Below, piece after piece: positions 60,501 through 64,000 of a stretch of 64,000 bases of DNA (position 1 is the first letter of the stretch; each line of letters begins with the position of its first letter). The stretch is from the NCBI GenBank assembly GCA_010405405.1, contig MU004231.1, positions 2,309,860-2,373,859 of the forward strand. The letters run 5' to 3'. The notes beneath the pieces were generated by a model. It made no database searches and had not been told where the DNA came from. It saw only the letters and a list, made by a program, of their open reading frames with translations. The translations under genes and the position numbers were made by a program. The stretch is from Microthyrium microscopicum. Its lineage: Eukaryota.

Positions 60501-60862
60501 AGGCGGCCTATGAAGGGAAGATGCTGGCGCCGAAGTATGAGGAAGTAGGCCTGTACGGGTTATAGAAGGCTGTAGTAAAGTGGATATGGCTGGGTTGACA
60601 ATAGTGTTAGCGAAGGCGCATCAACGATTTGGAGCTGAAGCTCACCATTTTGATTATTGTCGGATATTGATCCAGGTCTTCTCTGTCCACTGGTATCCAG
60701 TGGAGCACCAATGGAGCTAGCAATACTTGCGATTGACTCTCGGCGTTGGAAGCGGTTGTTCGCAGACTTGCGAATGCGATCGAAGTTCTCGCTCCTAGGG
60801 GACAAAGGAGTCGAGGGAAAGGAGTCGAAGGTGTCTATAGGCGTCCTAGGTGGATTCGCCAT
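57530..60862 (-). CDS. VPS54: GARP complex subunit Vps54
   Basis: IP.VYFDENFHLENPRTF, LQEKLSWYLDTVEIHL, QLVLGAGA...AGLKNI..KNLALASQ. Introns near 60.6 kb and 57.7 kb. Confidence 0.95.
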
Positions 60863-61426
60863 TGCGCAAGAGTGTGCCCGCAATCGGGTGTGCTCATTGG
60901 GGAGGAATGAGGTTGGCGGAGTTTAGAAGAACAGATGGACACATGTATTGAGGCGTGTGCCAGGGGATTATGAGTAATGAGGAGCGCCAGCGCGGAGAGT
61001 ATAGGCCATTGCGGTAGATGGAAACCACGCACAGCGACCCAAGTACAGCAACCAGGCTTTGACAGGACAATGAATGTAGACTGGTGAGGTTCGATTTCGA
61101 GATTCAGTTGGTGGTAAGTTAATGGAGTAGACTTCTTGGGCGGAGCGTCAAGCGACGCCGCATATTGACGATGGCCGGGGCCTTGGCACCACTTAACATT
61201 TGAAGCAGACCAAGCAGACATCCACAATCATTAGTTCATCCACGTCTTGGATTTTAATGCCTGGATTATATTAGGTTTACCCAAATTCCATACGTTCGAC
61301 AAGCAGAAAACCATTCATTATTAACGAGATCAAAGAATCTGTCATATTATGGCCACTGCTGTCTTGCCATTTTTGTCAATTCAATAACTTAGACGCATTG
61401 AATGGCCTAACAGAATGCTAATTGAT

Positions 61427-62695
61427 TCACAGTCTAGAGCTTTCCTTGAGAGACAATCCTCCATCTATCTGCTCAAATTGCTTTCCTCGCTTCCAACCTA
61501 CCCACCGCGCAAGTGTCTCCTCTCCTCCCATAGCCGGAACCAACCCCTTCTCGTCCCAACCTTGACCTTTGACACCATGTCCTTGGCCCTTGGCAGCCTG
61601 TATACCAATATCATTCTCCTTCCATGACCCATCCGCAATAGCAAAGCCAGGCGTCTCGCGCAGTGTCACAATAGGCCTCTGATCAAACCCATTCTCCTCC
61701 AGCTCGCCATTCTCCAAGACCGGCGTACAGCACGCATCCGTCCCATCAAATGTATCCTCCCACTCCTTCCTCGTCTTCCCCTTAAAAGTCTTCGTAAACA
61801 ACGTCCTTAGCTCCGCCCACTTGGAAATATCTTCTCTGCGCGCGGGCAAATCCTTCTCCGTCAACCCTAGACCCTTGAGCAACGCCGCGAAGAACTGCGG
61901 CTCCAGCGCGCCGACTGCCATATATTTGCCGTCTTTCGTCTCATATGTATCGTAGTACGGACATCCGCCGTCCAGCATATTCGTGCCGCGCTCGCCAGCC
62001 CACACCGGCCGCTTCGTAGCTAGTCGCGGCATCGATGCGAGTGTCGCACTACCATCTACCATATTCGCCTCCACGACCTGTCCCCGTCCACTATGCTGCC
62101 GTGCCATAAGTGCCAGAAGTATGCCCATAAAACACACAGCTCCACCACCTGCAAAGTCCCCAATGATGTTGCCAGGCGCATACGGCTTCTCGCCCTGCCT
62201 TCCCAGCATGCTAAGCACACCAGATACCGCAATGTAATTGATATCGTGCCCTGCCATCATACTATATTTCCCGTCCCTCCTAAAACCCGTCATACGTCCA
62301 ATGACCAATCGTGGATTTATAGACAGCATGACCGTAGACGGACAGAGGCCGATTTTCTCAAGAACGCCAGGTCGGAATGGATCGATGATTACATCGACGT
62401 GCGGAAGGAGTGACTTGATGAGCGCGACACCGCCGGGCGCTTTGAGGTCTACGGTAATAGAGGTTTTGCGACGCACGAGTTGATCTGGCGTTGGAGGGAG
62501 GGGGGAGTTGGTTTTGACGGCGCGGTCGAGACGGAGGACGGTGGCGCCATAGTCGGCTAGAAGCATGCCTGCGAAGGGTCCTGTGAAGGCTTAGTTTTGA
62601 TTCATTATGGAGGAGGCTTTTTGTGGTAGTTTACCTGGAGCGAGACCTGCAAACTCCAGGACGCGGATACCGTTTAGTGGTGGTGGCGACGTCAT
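61427..62695 (-). CDS. Alpha-methylacyl-CoA racemase / CoA-transferase family III, peroxisomal
   Basis: [54 protein letters not shown]-terminal PTS1-type SRL. Confidence 0.93.
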
Positions 62696-63267
62696 GTTGT
62701 CGTGGTTCGGATATTGGAATGAACTGTTTTCTAAAGTATGCAGAGATATTGAAATCGAATCTAGGTCAGTGACAAAAGAAAATCCATAGGAAGTATTATG
62801 AACTACAGGCTGGTATTTTGGTGGGCCATTTGTTGCGGAGAAGGACTCCCGAATGCAGTCGTTCGTTAGCTTCGTGAGGAGCTACAAGAAGCTCATGCAG
62901 TACAATATCTGGGCCGAGGTCGATACATTTTGGCAATCCACTTCCTGTCAGTTATCATGACCCCCTATCCAGTAAAGAAAAAGAGCTTGAACAAGAAGAT
63001 GCAAGTGATCGTAGTAGCTGAAGAGCTGAAATTTTACCTGCAGCAGCGAAGCTTTCAATCAAACACCCAACAGCTCTCTTGATTTTGCAGAACAGCAGCA
63101 ATTCAGTTCATAGAATATTCAAAGCGTATACAAGAAGTAAACAGACTTCATATCAAAAACTATGTAGAGAGCTAAGAACTATGCAAAAACAACATCAGAG
63201 TGGAGTGCGCGCTGCTTCCAAATCAGATCAGTATACCATATCAACATTGCCCCTATCTTATAACGAA

Positions 63268-64000
63268 TCACTTTGACCAGAACCAGCCACTTCTCGAAAC
63301 CTGATCTCTGACCAGGTTGGGAGAGCTCTGTTGGCTTGCTGAAGGTGCTATCACTTGCTCTGGAACCGGTAAAGGACTTGGTTTTCTTTTCTCCACGTTT
63401 GTATTATTCTCCTCCCGTCCATCCGCAAATTTCTTTTGTATAACTGTTTTAGTTACCCAGGCGCCGCTGTCATCCATATGGCTCGTCGTCGATTTAGTGA
63501 CGGACACTGGTGTCGAAGAGTCAGCATCAGAGTCGTACTTGAAGCCCCAGCCCCATTGTTTCTGTAGTTTTTGCTCTTGTCGTACAGAGTTCATCAAGCT
63601 GTTTTGCGGTTCTTGCTCTTCTCGTGTGGAGTTCATCATCCTGTTCTGGGTTTGTTGTTCTTCTCGTCCAATCCTGTAGAACATTTCCTGCTCTTTTCGA
63701 AAAGAGCCCATATAGCTGTCGTATACTTCTTGCTTTTCTCGTGCAGCGTCCAATAAGCTATTTGCTTTTGGCTCAGATTCCATTGCTACCTTGTAGGCAT
63801 CCAACTCGGTTGCTGGAAGAGGCAATCGAAAGAGGGACCGCTTCATCAAGCTTTCAGAAACCCAATCATCCGCGTGCTTCAGCTGATTGACCGTCCAGTC
63901 ATCCGGGGATTGTGCCATGGCTCCATTTACATCCTGCACACCCATGGGCCGCTGTCCTCGCTCGGCTCGGATAAGGTCTTCAAACATGACGCGCCAGCTC
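63268..64000 (-). CDS. Hypothetical fungal protein, 5' end probably outside window
   Basis: ORF of at least 239 aa with TKTVIQKKFADGREE and terminal SGWFWSK. Confidence 0.7.
   Translation of the reverse strand, partial: SWRVMFEDLIRAERGQRPMGVQDVNGAMAQSPDDWTVNQLKHADDWVSESLMKRSLFRLPLPATELDAYKVAMESEPKANSLLDAAREKQEVYDSYMGSFRKEQEMFYRIGREEQQTQNRMMNSTREEQEPQNSLMNSVRQEQKLQKQWGWGFKYDSDADSSTPVSVTKSTTSHMDDSGAWVTKTVIQKKFADGREENNTNVEKRKPSPLPVPEQVIAPSASQQSSPNLVRDQVSRSGWFWSK

Overview
Genomic window from a filamentous ascomycete (Pezizomycotina): short GT-AG introns with CTRAC branch points and a transposon relic mutated by RIP (repeat-induced point mutation). Conserved genes include CFD1, VPS1, RIO1, an AIF/AMID-like oxidoreductase, RNA 3'-phosphate cyclase, PP2A B56/RTS1, TFIIIC tau95, GTP cyclohydrolase I, a CTK1-like CDK, MRX11, VPS54 and a methylacyl-CoA racemase. 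They are interrupted by islands of orphan genes. Most notable: (1) A dispersed and tandem family of small minus-strand 'Met-Cys...CxC...C...CP...CxxC' genes (17.2-21.1 kb, 29.7-33.1 kb, remnant at 6.7-7.0 kb). Three members carry an in-frame TAG/TGA immediately before a Cys codon, suggesting either recent decay or stop-correcting editing/readthrough. (2) A ~125-135 bp tandem array of CCATCG-N4-CGATGG dyad hairpins lying between two of these paralogs, with a solo perfect copy inside an intron of one. (3) A RIP-inactivated piggyBac with intact 15-bp TIRs but no TTAA target duplication. (4) A triplicated Cys-tailed membrane protein family, a probably inactive DEDDy exonuclease, and a divergent CTK1. 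All exon boundaries and translations were read by eye and no database search was run.
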